Shown piece by piece: positions 8,224 through 18,093 of a stretch of 64,000 bases of DNA. The stretch spans positions 1,989,136-2,053,135 of the forward strand of contig OY729432.1 in NCBI GenBank assembly GCA_963422385.1. The letters are read 5' to 3'. The position numbers and the translations under genes are program-made. Every line of letters starts with the position of its first letter. Position 1 is the first letter of the stretch. The notes under the pieces are model-generated. The model was not told the origin of the DNA and did no database searches. It was given only the letters and a program-made list of their open reading frames with translations. Origin of the DNA: Candidatus Binatia bacterium (lineage in GTDB: Bacteria; Desulfobacterota; Binatia; UBA9968; JAJDTQ01).

Positions 8224-10452
8224 ATGCAGAAAGGCTCTCGACTCAATCGTGAACTCTGGGGCTCGGTGATTCTGGTCACGGCCTGCTTCGTCGTGCTCAG
8301 CCTGGCTTCCTACAGCCCCCTGGACCGCTCCTTCAACGTCCCGTCGGGTTCACGGGACCCCGTCAACCTGGGCGGACTGGTGGGGGCCTATATCGCGGAC
8401 GTGTTGCTGCAAGGCCTGGGCCTGATCGCCCATCTCCTTCCCGTCATTCTGCTGCTGTTGGCCTTTCGCCTGTTCCGTCGCGACCCCGGCAGGCTCGGGG
8501 CCCTCAAGGTCCTCGGCTACGGCGTGTTGTTCTGGGGTCTGGCCATCCTGGTCAGTCTCGTTCACGAAATGGAGTTGGCGCGGGAGAGCGGCGGCATCCT
8601 CGGCGGGTTCTCCATGGAGTTCCTCACCGATATGTTCGGCTATGCGGGAACCTGGTTCATCACGGTTTTCCTGTTGCTGATGGCGGCCATGCTGATGTCC
8701 CAGACCTCCATGCTGAGTTGGTGGAGCCGGATCACGGGAGCGCAGAGGCAGCTACGTTCGACGGTGGTCGAGGGCATGACATCCATGTGCCGGACCAAGG
8801 TGGACCGGAAGCCGCCGGCCGACTCCGGGAAGGAGCGGGCATTCGAGGCGCCGCCCATTGTCCTGGAGGAGGACGTTCCGAATGAAGCGCCCAAGGGCCG
8901 CCGGAAGAAGGCCAGAGCCAAGGCCAAGCCCGAAGCCGAGCAGTTCGTCTTTCCCGAGATCACGGGCGGCTACGCGTTGCCGTTGCTGGCCTTTCTCGAC
9001 TCCCCGCCGACGGAGAAGGCAGGCATCGACAAAGCCACCCTGGAAGCCAATTCCCTGATGCTCCAGCGAAAGCTCCAGGACTTCGGCATCGAGGGCGAAG
9101 TCCTGGCGGTGCGGCCCGGGCCGGTCATCACGGTGTACGAATTCCGGCCGGCTCCCGGTGTCATGGTGCGCCGGATCGTGGGCGTGGCGGACGATCTCGC
9201 CATGGCCCTCAGCGCCGTCAGCATCCGTATCCTGGCGCCGATCCCGGGAGAGTCCGTGGTCGGCATCGAAGTGCCCAATACCCGGCGTGAAACGGTCCAT
9301 CTGAGAGAGATTCTGGAAGATCCGGTCTACGCCGACTCCGATTCGAGCCTGCCCCTGGCCTTGGGCAAGGATATCGCCGGAGCGCCCTTCGCCACGGATC
9401 TGTCCCGCATGCCGCATTTGCTGGTGGCCGGCGCTACCGGGACGGGCAAGTCCGTGTCCCTGAACTCGATGATTCTGAGCATCCTGTACAAGGCCACCCC
9501 GGATGATGTCCGCTTCATCATGATCGATCCCAAGATGCTCGAGCTGACGCCCTACGAAGGACTGCCGCATCTTCTGACACCGGTGGTGACCGATCCCAAG
9601 GAGGCCCGGGCCGCGCTGTTCTGGGCGGTGGAGGAGATGGACCGCCGCTACCGGCTGATGCGCGACAAGGGTGCCCGCAACATCGACAACTACAACCGGA
9701 TCCTGGAACGGGAACCACCACCGGACAAGACCCGGACCGGTGAGGAGAATCCGGAGACAGGTGGAAGGCTCGACGGCGGCGAGGATCTGGAGCACGAACG
9801 GATGCCGCGGGTGGTGATCCTCATCGACGAGCTGGCGGACCTGATGATGTCCGTGGGCCGGGACATCGAGGAGCACATCACGCGTCTGGCCCAGAAGGCC
9901 CGGGCGGCGGGGATCCACATGGTCCTGGCGACCCAGCGGCCGTCGGTGGACGTGATCACCGGATTGATCAAGGCCAATTTTCCGGCGCGGGTCTCGTTTC
10001 AGGTGACTTCGCGAGTCGATTCACGCACTATTCTGGACGGTATGGGGGCCGAGCAACTCCTGGGTAACGGGGACCTGCTCTTCCTGCCTCCCGGCACGGC
10101 CCGGTTGATACGGCTCCACGGTCCCTTCGTCTCGGACAAGGAAGTCCGCAAGGTCACCGATTTCATCAAGCAGCAGGGCCGGCCTCAATACCGCCCGGAG
10201 ATTCTCGAGGCGGCGGTGTCGGGGAACGGGGAGCTTGGCGGCCTGGATGACGACTACGACGAGATGTACGACCAGGCCGTCGCGGTGATCACCGAGACGC
10301 GCCAAGCGTCCATATCCATGATACAGCGGCGCCTGAGGGTAGGATACAACCGGGCCGCGCGAATGATCGAGAAGATGGAACGGGATGGCGTGGTGGGGCC
10401 GCCGGACGGGGCCAAGCCGCGTGAGGTGCTGGCGCAGAAGATCGAGGAGTAG
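8224..10452 (+). CDS. ftsK: DNA translocase FtsK
   Basis: N-terminal TM region, HLLVAGATGTGKS, DELADLMM, ATQRPSVDV, gamma domain QRRLRVGYNRAAR. Confidence 0.97.
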   Translation: MQKGSRLNRELWGSVILVTACFVVLSLASYSPLDRSFNVPSGSRDPVNLGGLVGAYIADVLLQGLGLIAHLLPVILLLLAFRLFRRDPGRLGALKVLGYGVLFWGLAILVSLVHEMELARESGGILGGFSMEFLTDMFGYAGTWFITVFLLLMAAMLMSQTSMLSWWSRITGAQRQLRSTVVEGMTSMCRTKVDRKPPADSGKERAFEAPPIVLEEDVPNEAPKGRRKKARAKAKPEAEQFVFPEITGGYALPLLAFLDSPPTEKAGIDKATLEANSLMLQRKLQDFGIEGEVLAVRPGPVITVYEFRPAPGVMVRRIVGVADDLAMALSAVSIRILAPIPGESVVGIEVPNTRRETVHLREILEDPVYADSDSSLPLALGKDIAGAPFATDLSRMPHLLVAGATGTGKSVSLNSMILSILYKATPDDVRFIMIDPKMLELTPYEGLPHLLTPVVTDPKEARAALFWAVEEMDRRYRLMRDKGARNIDNYNRILEREPPPDKTRTGEENPETGGRLDGGEDLEHERMPRVVILIDELADLMMSVGRDIEEHITRLAQKARAAGIHMVLATQRPSVDVITGLIKANFPARVSFQVTSRVDSRTILDGMGAEQLLGNGDLLFLPPGTARLIRLHGPFVSDKEVRKVTDFIKQQGRPQYRPEILEAAVSGNGELGGLDDDYDEMYDQAVAVITETRQASISMIQRRLRVGYNRAARMIEKMERDGVVGPPDGAKPREVLAQKIEE

Positions 10453-10511
10453 CCTGCTATGGAGACGACGATGGCCTTCAAGCGCCCCGTGGCAGTCGGG
10501 GCCGGCTCCGA

Positions 10512-11162
10512 ATGAGACGGGCTTACGCCGTTCTCGCGGGGGCGGTTCTGTGCGCGGCGGCGACGCCGGGCGCGCGCGCGCAAGACGCCCACGACGTCGT
10601 CAGGGAAGTTCAGCGACGCTACGACGAAACCAGGGAATACAGCGCGGATTTCCGGCAGACCACCGAGTACCGTACGCTGAACCGGCGCGTTGAAGGTGAA
10701 GGCCGCGTTTTCTTCAGCAAGCCGGCGAAGATGCTGTGGCGCTACCAGGAGCCCGACGGCCAGTTCGTGCTGTCCGACGGCAAGCACCTCTACTTCTATC
10801 AACCCGCCGAACGGCAGGTCATCAAGACCGCCCTCGGGTCGGTGTTTCGCTCGGACCTCCCGCTTTCCTTCCTGCTGGGTATCGGCGAGCTGGAACGCGA
10901 TTTCCGGTCCGAGTTGATGGATTCCACGGAGGATGGGCGCCGGCTGAAGCTTTTCCCCAGGAAGGCCGATTCCGGCGTTCGCGAGATTCATCTGACCGTC
11001 GATCCCGGCAACCACGATATCCGGCAGGTGCTCATCGAGGACGGAGGCGGCAACCGGTGGTCTTTCCGCTTCGAAAACATCCGGCGCGAGGTGGGGTTTG
11101 ATCCGTCCCTCTTCCAGTTGGAAGTACCGCAAGGCATTGATATCGTTGAATTTGGCTCCTAG
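10512..11162 (+). CDS. lolA: Outer-membrane lipoprotein carrier protein
   Basis: Signal peptide, SADFRQ, KPAKMLWRYQEP, SDGKHLYFY; conserved position after ftsK. Confidence 0.9.
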   Translation: MRRAYAVLAGAVLCAAATPGARAQDAHDVVREVQRRYDETREYSADFRQTTEYRTLNRRVEGEGRVFFSKPAKMLWRYQEPDGQFVLSDGKHLYFYQPAERQVIKTALGSVFRSDLPLSFLLGIGELERDFRSELMDSTEDGRRLKLFPRKADSGVREIHLTVDPGNHDIRQVLIEDGGGNRWSFRFENIRREVGFDPSLFQLEVPQGIDIVEFGS

Positions 11163-11272
11163 TCCTCCGTCTCGGTAGCTAACCGGCGGCTACCGCGGAG
11201 ACGGCCCCGTATCATGTGGTTGACTCCGCCGTCGATTAGTGTTGAATTGAGTCTCTTCCAGGAGAGACAAAC

Positions 11273-11698
11273 ATGAGGAAAGACGTTTTGAAGAAGTTTC
11301 GGGAGACCCTTCTCGGAATGAAGGTGCAGCTTCTGGAGGACCTCCCGGATCGGCTCAAGCACGAGGTGGAGAGTTCCAAGGACGAGGGACGCGATACCTA
11401 CGATCTGGCCAGCGACGAGCGGGACCGTGAGATCAACATGATACTCAACGATCGCGAGAGAACGAAATTGATGGCCATCGAGGACGCGCTGCTTCGGCTC
11501 GGCGACGGTTCCTACGGTATCTGCGATGAATGCGGCGAGGAGATCGGCGTCGGTCGGCTCAAGGTGATGCCGTTTACGCGTTTGTGCGTGCGGTGCCAGG
11601 AAGAGTTGGAGAAAGAAACTCGCATGATGAAGAGTTTCGACGATGACCGGACACTGCGCCGGCTCCCGACGACGGATACGGAAGAGGAAAGCTACTAG
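11273..11698 (+). CDS. dksA: DksA/TraR C4-zinc-finger RNAP-binding factor
   Basis: DTYDLAS coiled-coil tip; YGICDECGEEI...RLCVRCQ. Confidence 0.85.
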   Translation: MRKDVLKKFRETLLGMKVQLLEDLPDRLKHEVESSKDEGRDTYDLASDERDREINMILNDRERTKLMAIEDALLRLGDGSYGICDECGEEIGVGRLKVMPFTRLCVRCQEELEKETRMMKSFDDDRTLRRLPTTDTEEESY

Positions 11699-11717
11699 GG
11701 TCCTGTACAGGACCCCA
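11695..11717. repeat. Collapsed copy of CTAG-anchored mini-element
   Basis: CTAG overlapping the palindrome GGGTCCTGTACAGGACCC; shares the GTCCTGTACA core with 5587. Confidence 0.45.
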
Positions 11718-11797
11718 CAGACGCTACGCCAGGTCCTGATCGCACCTTTCACCCGTCGATAGAGGACACGACGCCTGCCGCGTCCGAGGAAGATGCC

Positions 11798-12196
11798 ATG
11801 AAGTACTTCTTTTCCAGGGACGAAGCCGAAGTCGTGCGCATCCACGGCGAGGCGCCCCGTACCCTCTATCCGTGCGTCGAGCCGGCCACGACCGGGACCC
11901 GTCACTTCTCCATGGGCCTGCAGGAGGTCGATCCTCACAGCGAGATCCCCCTGCACTCGCACGAAGAAGCCGAAGAGATCCTCTTCGTCATCAGCGGTCG
12001 GGCCACGGCCACGGTGGATGACGAAACCGCGGAGATCGTGTCCGGCTCCGTCGTGTTCATACCGCCCCGAACCAACCACGGATTCGTCAATAACGGAGAT
12101 GAGCCGCTGTGGCTGACGTGGACCTTCTCACCCCAGGGCTTTGAGGGTTACATCCGCGGTGTGGCTCAAGGTACCGTGCAGCTCAAGACCGTCTAG
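11798..12196 (+). CDS. Cupin domain protein
   Basis: PLHSHEEAEE...G...IPPRTNHGFVN cupin motifs. Confidence 0.88.
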   Translation: MKYFFSRDEAEVVRIHGEAPRTLYPCVEPATTGTRHFSMGLQEVDPHSEIPLHSHEEAEEILFVISGRATATVDDETAEIVSGSVVFIPPRTNHGFVNNGDEPLWLTWTFSPQGFEGYIRGVAQGTVQLKTV

Positions 12197-12322
12197 CCCA
12201 AGCGGACACCATCGGTTCCCTCCGGCCGGCGGAACTCATGCGACGGGCGCCGGCACTCTTTTCCGAATGCGTTCAGAAGGCGTCGGTCCGTGAGTATCCA
12301 CACATGATCGGAAGGAGGCTCC

Positions 12323-13141
12323 ATGCTTGATGACAAGATTGGCTTCATCGGCGCCGGGAAGATGGGCAGCGCCATTATCAAGGGGATTCTGGGTGCGGGC
12401 CTGGTGCACCGGAGCCAGTTGGCCGCCAGCGACCCCGTCGAGGCCTTGGGAAAAGCGCTCGTCGAAGAGACCGGCGTCCGATTCATGCAGGGTAACGCCG
12501 CTCTGGTGGAAGCGTCGGATATCGTGCTTCTGGCGGTCAAGCCTCAGGTCATGGACGGGATGCTGAAGGAACTCGCCGCGGCGTCGCTGGGTGGCAGGTT
12601 GTGGATCTCCATCGCGGCCGGGGTACCGATCAGCCGCATCGAGGGCCTTCTTCCGGAGGGGACGCGCGTGGTCCGGGTCATGCCCAACACGCCTTGTCTG
12701 GTGGGCCAGGCGGCCTCCGCATACTCCGGAGGCCGGTGGGCGAAGGACGAAGACCTCCACAAGGTGGGCGAGATCTTCTCCAGCGTCGGGCTCGCCGTTT
12801 CCGTGGACGAACATCACCTCGACGCCGTGACCGCCTTGAGCGGCAGCGGCCCGGCCTATGTTTTCCTCTTCATCGAGTCGCTGACGGCAGGCGGCGTTCA
12901 GATGGGGCTCAACCGGGACGTGGCCCTCAAGCTGGCGCTCCAGACCGTGTACGGGTCCGTGGTGATGGCCCGCGACGCGAAAGAGCATTTGGCGGAGTTG
13001 CGAGACGCCGTCACGTCTCCCGCCGGAACCACCGCCGCGGGCCTTTTCGCCCTGGAGCAAGGCGCCTTTCGCGCCACCGTCATGGAAGCCGTGGCGCAGG
13101 CAACCGAGCGTTCGGAAGCCTTGGGGAGAGGGGAGCATTAG
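12323..13141 (+). CDS. proC: Pyrroline-5-carboxylate reductase
   Basis: GFIGAGKMG, LAVKPQ, RVMPNTP, LSGSGPAY, VTSPAGTT. Confidence 0.97.
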   Translation: MLDDKIGFIGAGKMGSAIIKGILGAGLVHRSQLAASDPVEALGKALVEETGVRFMQGNAALVEASDIVLLAVKPQVMDGMLKELAAASLGGRLWISIAAGVPISRIEGLLPEGTRVVRVMPNTPCLVGQAASAYSGGRWAKDEDLHKVGEIFSSVGLAVSVDEHHLDAVTALSGSGPAYVFLFIESLTAGGVQMGLNRDVALKLALQTVYGSVVMARDAKEHLAELRDAVTSPAGTTAAGLFALEQGAFRATVMEAVAQATERSEALGRGEH

Positions 13142-13157
13142 TGACGGGACCAGCGAC

Positions 13158-14069
13158 ATGACCCAACGCCATCCGTTCGGAGGGCGTCGCGTTTCGCGCC
13201 TCATTCTGATGCTGGCGTGGCTCATGGTCGCGCCAGCGTATGCCAATCAACACACCCCTTCCGTCCCCGAAGTCCAGCCGTCCCCGGAAGCCGGAAAACA
13301 GGCATTGGAGAAGATCGTGGAGGCCCGGGGCCGCGCCCGGGCCAAGCGTTATCCCGAAGCCTTGAATCAGCTCGATGACGCCGTCTCGCTGGCCGAAGGA
13401 ATGGAGGACAAGCTGCCGCTGGCGTTGGCGCTCCACAACATTGCGGAGATCCAACTCCTCAAGGGCGAGATCCCGGACGCGTTGAAGGCATACTACCGGG
13501 CTTTGGGAGTCTATACCGAGTTGGGGAACAAGGCTGGTGCCGGGATTGTGCAAGGGCGCATCGGGACACTGTCACGCCTCCTCCGGAAGCCCAGGGAACC
13601 CGCCGCTCCCGCCAAGACCGGAGACCGGGTTTCGCTCATCGACGAGGCCGTGGAACGGGTCCGGCTGCGGAAACGGTCTCGTGGTCAGGAGACTGCGGAG
13701 ACCGCGCCGCCGGGGCCCGTCCGGGTCACCCGGTTGGAGGTTCAGCCAGTGGACAACCCCGGAGAGTCGGCTTACGTCGAAACACTCAGACGGAAGATCA
13801 GCGGCAATTCGAGATACCCCGACTACGCCAGGCGAACGGGTCAAGAGGGGAGCGTTGACCTGGCCTTCGCCGTCTGGAAAAACGGCGATGTCACAAACGT
13901 CGAGTTGTTGAAGTCGTCCGGCTTTATCATTCTCGACGTGGAAGCGCTTCGCAACGTCAGGGAGTCCGCGCCGTTCGGCCTCGTGCCCAACGGTACTGCC
14001 CCCGGCTCCTTGACCGTTCGTCTGACGTTCAGCTACGAGTTGCCGGCCGCGGCCGCCGGCGCCCCCTGA
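13158..14069 (+). CDS. TPR + TonB C-terminal domain protein
   Basis: Signal peptide, TPR-like helices, then YPDYARRTGQEGSV...SSGFIILDVEAL TonB_C motif. Confidence 0.8.
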   Translation: MTQRHPFGGRRVSRLILMLAWLMVAPAYANQHTPSVPEVQPSPEAGKQALEKIVEARGRARAKRYPEALNQLDDAVSLAEGMEDKLPLALALHNIAEIQLLKGEIPDALKAYYRALGVYTELGNKAGAGIVQGRIGTLSRLLRKPREPAAPAKTGDRVSLIDEAVERVRLRKRSRGQETAETAPPGPVRVTRLEVQPVDNPGESAYVETLRRKISGNSRYPDYARRTGQEGSVDLAFAVWKNGDVTNVELLKSSGFIILDVEALRNVRESAPFGLVPNGTAPGSLTVRLTFSYELPAAAAGAP

Positions 14070-14119
14070 GTCCGCGGGGAAAGGGAAGCCAGCGGCCCTC
14101 CTCCGGAAGCCGTCGGTCT

Positions 14120-14941
14120 TCACCGGTTCTGATCGGCGCCGGCAACGGTCTCGATGGTGGTGAGTTGCGCCAGCGCGAACGCGTGACGCGGGTCGAGGCT
14201 GAGGGCACGGATATAGTTGACGTCGGCCCGTCCGTGGAGTCCGATAGCGGTGGCGTTGCGGGCTCGCAAGACATGGACCTCCGCGAGCCAACGGGCATCG
14301 GTCGCGAGCCTCAACTCCGCCATGTCGAGAAAGTTCAAGGATTCACGGTAGTTCTCCAGGAAATAGTGCGCCCGGGCAATGAAGTAGTGACTGGCGGGAT
14401 TGGTCGCGTCTATGCCGATGGCCTGCTCGAACCTCCCCAGTGCCGCCTTGTACCTTTCAGCCCGCAGAAGCGCCCGCCCCTGCTGCACCAGCTTCATGGA
14501 CGCCTTTCGTTGCGGCAAGGCCGCGCCGGTGACCGGCCCCATAGGCGGCAGCTCGTATGAGGCGTCCGGTTCCACGACGGCCACGCGGGTGACCTCGATG
14601 TTCGGGTCCCCGGCCGGCGCCGGCGTCCCGCCCGTGGAAGACTCGGACCGCGGCGCGGGCCCCGGGTTTCCTTCAGGCCCTGTTTCCCGGACCGGCGGCG
14701 CCGGCTCCTGACCGGGGATCGACAGATCCTCTTCATGAATCGTGCCCTCGCGCAGGAACGGGGACACCGGAGCGTGCGGCAGGTTCTGCGAGAAGCCGGT
14801 TCCGCACGCGAGCCATACAGTGAGAAATACCGCCCCGGCGGTCACGCACATTGAGGACGCCTTCGGTCTCCATGCCTCGCCGCGCGTATCGGTCGGCGGC
14901 GCCAAGGCTGCATCCGCAGGGTTCTTCGACAAGGGTATCAC
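14120..14941 (-). CDS. Tetratricopeptide-repeat protein (exported or membrane-anchored)
   Basis: Hydrophobic segment, Pro-rich linker, TPRs (FEQAIGIDATNPASHYFIARA). GTG start overlaps upstream stop (GTGA); start is inferred. Confidence 0.75.
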   Translation of the reverse strand: MIPLSKNPADAALAPPTDTRGEAWRPKASSMCVTAGAVFLTVWLACGTGFSQNLPHAPVSPFLREGTIHEEDLSIPGQEPAPPVRETGPEGNPGPAPRSESSTGGTPAPAGDPNIEVTRVAVVEPDASYELPPMGPVTGAALPQRKASMKLVQQGRALLRAERYKAALGRFEQAIGIDATNPASHYFIARAHYFLENYRESLNFLDMAELRLATDARWLAEVHVLRARNATAIGLHGRADVNYIRALSLDPRHAFALAQLTTIETVAGADQNR

Positions 14942-15084
14942 AGTAATATCACCGCCAGCACCGTACCGAGGGCAAAAGGAACCAACGCCGCCGGAGGCAG
15001 GTTCCCGCTCACCGTATCGAGAACCACCAGCAACGACAGCCCGATGAAGACGAGACCCGGGTAGGTCACCAGCATTTCGATCAT
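14938..15084 (-). CDS. Small 48-aa two-TM membrane protein
   Basis: MIEMLVTYPGLVFIGLSLLVVLDTVSGNLPPAALVPFALGTVLAVILL*; below ORF-track cutoff; stop overlaps the next start. Confidence 0.6.
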   Translation of the reverse strand: MIEMLVTYPGLVFIGLSLLVVLDTVSGNLPPAALVPFALGTVLAVILL

Positions 15085-15323
15085 GGGTCAAGGTCTGCTC
15101 GCCCGGTTCGCCCGGAAAGCCGTCCGGGCCACGTGGCGTTGCATCTCATTCTGGGCTCCGGCGATCGGGGTGTCAAGGAGAGAGGTGTGGGGCGCAGGAC
15201 CATATTTTGTCCCGCGTCAGGAGGGGGATGAGGAAGAGTGTGTACACCGTAGGGGGTTGACGGGGGTCTTCGGGTTTTGCGGGAGAACGACAAGGGGAGC
15301 GGTCGAACCGGCCGAACGGCACT

Positions 15324-15410
15324 TTCGCGCACTGCAGGGATCTCGTTGCTCTTGCTGTCGACCTCGACCTGTCCGAGGACCGGGCCGGCGCCATGCTCCA
15401 CCGCCGCGTT
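15324..15410 (-). pseudogene. ISAs1-family transposase fragment
   Basis: VLGQVEVDSKSNEIPAVRE matches the ISAs1 'LGQ..VD.KSNEIPA' motif; only about 30 codons remain. Confidence 0.7.
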
Positions 15411-15519
15411 CCTAGTGACTTGTCCGGTCACTTGGCACTGAAGCAAGGTTTATTGTAAGATCGTCGTCGGGGCAGGACAATGGAGGTCATCGCGATGGCA
15501 CTTGGTCTCGGCCGGCCGC

Positions 15520-15720
15520 TGGCGGTCCTGGAGCCGGTCGTCGCCGGGGATGCCTTGCCGGTCTCCGACGCCAACCGTTGCTATCCGCCCGTCGCGGCGG
15601 CGCTCGACCTCCCCCACGAGAGCATCGGCGGCTCCGCCGGCAAGCGGGTCCGCGGCGCCCTGCACCATCGCCGCCAAGTACCTCGACAGCTATCTTCGGT
15701 GGTTCCACCCGATCGAACTC
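15520..15720 (+). pseudogene. IS1595-family transposase fragment with internal deletion
   Basis: LEPVVAGDALPVSDANRCYPPVAAALDLPHES...RVRGALH joined out of frame to IAAKYLDSYLRWFH. Confidence 0.7.
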
Positions 15721-16083
15721 GATGCGCGGCTCTTCATGGTGTTCGACGGCCGGTACAATCTGATCCATGCCGAAGGTGGCTTCCGGCCGATGATCTTCGA
15801 TCTCGATAATGATCCTGACGAGTTCCATGATCTGGCCAAGGGCGATAGCCACCAAAGGGAAATCCACCGGCTCTACGGCTTCCTGGCCCAGTGGGGCCGA
15901 CGCATGTCACAGCGAGTGACGGTCTCCAGGGCGGAGCTCGAAGCCATGCGCGGGCGACCCGCTCGCCGAGGCGTCTTGCCAGGCATGAAGGACGGCACGG
16001 AAGTCCGGCCGGAGTTCACCGCCGCCTATCGCAGGCCGGTCAAGCGACGCTTCGTTGCTTCGGGTGAGAAAGAGGAGTCGTAG
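15721..16083 (+). pseudogene. C-terminal fragment of sulfatase/phosphonate monoester hydrolase-like gene
   Basis: DARLFMVFDGRY...MIFDLDNDPDEFHDL sulfatase C-terminal motif; catalytic N-terminus missing. Confidence 0.7.
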
Positions 16084-16084
16084 G

Positions 16085-17935
16085 GTGGCCAATGATGCAT
16101 CACTTGGTTCGGAAGATCTGGAGCAATGGGCGGGGTCCGTTGTCTTGAAGCGCGGCAAGGGCTATCGGCGCCATGTGTATGATCTTGCGGTGACTGAGGA
16201 AGGCCATCTTGTTGCCAACGTCATTGGAAGCGAAAGCTACCTCACCCGCGTCTGGATGACCGGGGACAAACCTGACCACGAGTGCAGTTATCCTTACACG
16301 GGGCCTTGCAAACACGCCGTTGCCGTCATTCTGACCTATCTTGATCTTGTCGCGTCAGGGACATCGGTTCCACAGATCGAGCCTGACGAACTAAGTGCCC
16401 GGCTATCGACTTATGGCTTGGCGGCCGGGTCGGGCACGGAGCAGGCTATCGAGCACGAGGAGGCGCGCGCCGCCCTTGAAGTGCTGACCAAAGCGCAACT
16501 TGTTGAATGGGCCATGAGCCGGGTTGCTTTCGACCCGTCGCTTCTTGTTACGTTGCCCTTGGCGGCGCCACCGCCACCTACCGATAAGACTCGGGACAAG
16601 GCAGTCGCACGACTGCGCCAACAGATCCGCAAAACGGGGAGTGAGAGAGTCTGGCAAGACTATTGGCGCCACCAAGGCTCTACGCCGGATTACTCTCCGA
16701 TTCGAGAGCAACTCAAGAAGCTGCTGAATGACGGGAATCACGAAGCGGTCCTGGAACTGGGAGAGGAACTATTCGAACTCGGCGTCACCCAGGTCGAGGA
16801 ATCGGATGACGAAGGGAAAACAGCGTCTGGAATCACGAATTGCCTGGCCGTGGTGTTGGATGCGCTGAGCAGAACCAAACGGCCAGCCGCAAAGCGCATG
16901 ATCTGGTATTGGGACAAGCTGCTGGACGACGCGTACTGTTTGCTGGATGGGCTGAAGCCGCCGGTGGACAAGAACCAAATGACCCGAGATGATTGGCGCG
17001 AGGTTGCTGAAGCATTCGGCAATCGGTTGGCGGCCAGTCCCAAGCCTGAACGCGACGGCCGTTGGTCTTCGGAACGGTACCGTCGGAAGCAGCTATTGGG
17101 TTACACGCGGCAGGCGTTGTCCGAAGCCGGCGAAGACCAGCAAGCGGTGGAATGGTTGATTGCGGAGCTGCCCTATTGCGACAATTATGTCGAGCTCGTT
17201 GACGCCCTGTTGGAAAGCAATGCCTATGATCAGGCCGTGCACTGGATATGCCGGGGCTTCAGGCAGACCCTGGAGCATCTACCCGGCATTGCCTGGAAAC
17301 TGGTGGACCGGTTGCTGGACATCGCCCGGCGGCGCAAGGATTGGTCGCTGGTAACGGCGTTGCGAGTGGAAGCGTTTCTGCATCGAATCGACGTTGACAG
17401 CTATCGACTCGTCGAAGAGGCAAGCAGCAAGGCGGGCTGCTGGCAGCAGGTGCGGCCTGCGCTATTGCACTTCCTGGAGACCGGGGCCACCCCTTTTACC
17501 GCGGCTGGTTGGCCACTGCCCGATACAGGGCTGCAATTCTCCAGTCCACGATTCCGGCGAAACTTCCCTGACTATAACGCACTGATAGCCATCGCGCTTT
17601 CCGAGAAACGGTCGGAGGATGCCTTGCGGTGGTTTCGGGAGACTCCCCACAAAGACCATAATGCCGACGCCATCGCCAAGGCCGTGACGAAGACGCATCC
17701 CGACGTGAGTCTTGATGTTTGGCAACGCAAAGCGGAGAACCTGATCGCCAGAGTCCAGCCCAGCGCTTATCGTGAAGCGATGCCTTATCTGTCGAGAATG
17801 GAAGAGCTCATGCAAAGCCTGGGTCGAAGCGATAATTACCGCCGGTACGTTGCAGCGTTGCGTATGCAACACAAGGCGAAGCGGCGATTGATGGAAGAGT
17901 TGGACAAGTTGGAAAGGAGGAAGAAGAACGGGTGA
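16085..17935 (+). CDS. SWIM zinc-finger domain protein
   Basis: RGKGY...CSYPYTGPCKHAVAV; helical C-terminus ending HKAKRRLMEELD; AGGAG RBS before GTG 16085. Confidence 0.82.
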   Translation: MANDASLGSEDLEQWAGSVVLKRGKGYRRHVYDLAVTEEGHLVANVIGSESYLTRVWMTGDKPDHECSYPYTGPCKHAVAVILTYLDLVASGTSVPQIEPDELSARLSTYGLAAGSGTEQAIEHEEARAALEVLTKAQLVEWAMSRVAFDPSLLVTLPLAAPPPPTDKTRDKAVARLRQQIRKTGSERVWQDYWRHQGSTPDYSPIREQLKKLLNDGNHEAVLELGEELFELGVTQVEESDDEGKTASGITNCLAVVLDALSRTKRPAAKRMIWYWDKLLDDAYCLLDGLKPPVDKNQMTRDDWREVAEAFGNRLAASPKPERDGRWSSERYRRKQLLGYTRQALSEAGEDQQAVEWLIAELPYCDNYVELVDALLESNAYDQAVHWICRGFRQTLEHLPGIAWKLVDRLLDIARRRKDWSLVTALRVEAFLHRIDVDSYRLVEEASSKAGCWQQVRPALLHFLETGATPFTAAGWPLPDTGLQFSSPRFRRNFPDYNALIAIALSEKRSEDALRWFRETPHKDHNADAIAKAVTKTHPDVSLDVWQRKAENLIARVQPSAYREAMPYLSRMEELMQSLGRSDNYRRYVAALRMQHKAKRRLMEELDKLERRKKNG

Positions 17936-18093
17936 GCCCGCATGCCTCCGCCGCGCGCTTCGAGGACCTGATTCAGCAGGGATGCAGAGGGCTTTACTGC
18001 TTTGGGCGTAGGCGAGGAGTTGGCCTCGGAATTGCCCTACAAGAAATACAGACTAAAATCAGGTCGGTTCCCACGGGTTGGGAGGACGAAAGG

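Noticed and set aside
17936-18093. N-terminal extension of the aspartic protease (ORF from 17932)
   Set aside because: Family similarity and an RBS-like purine tract point to ATG 18094; the upstream stretch is unassignable.
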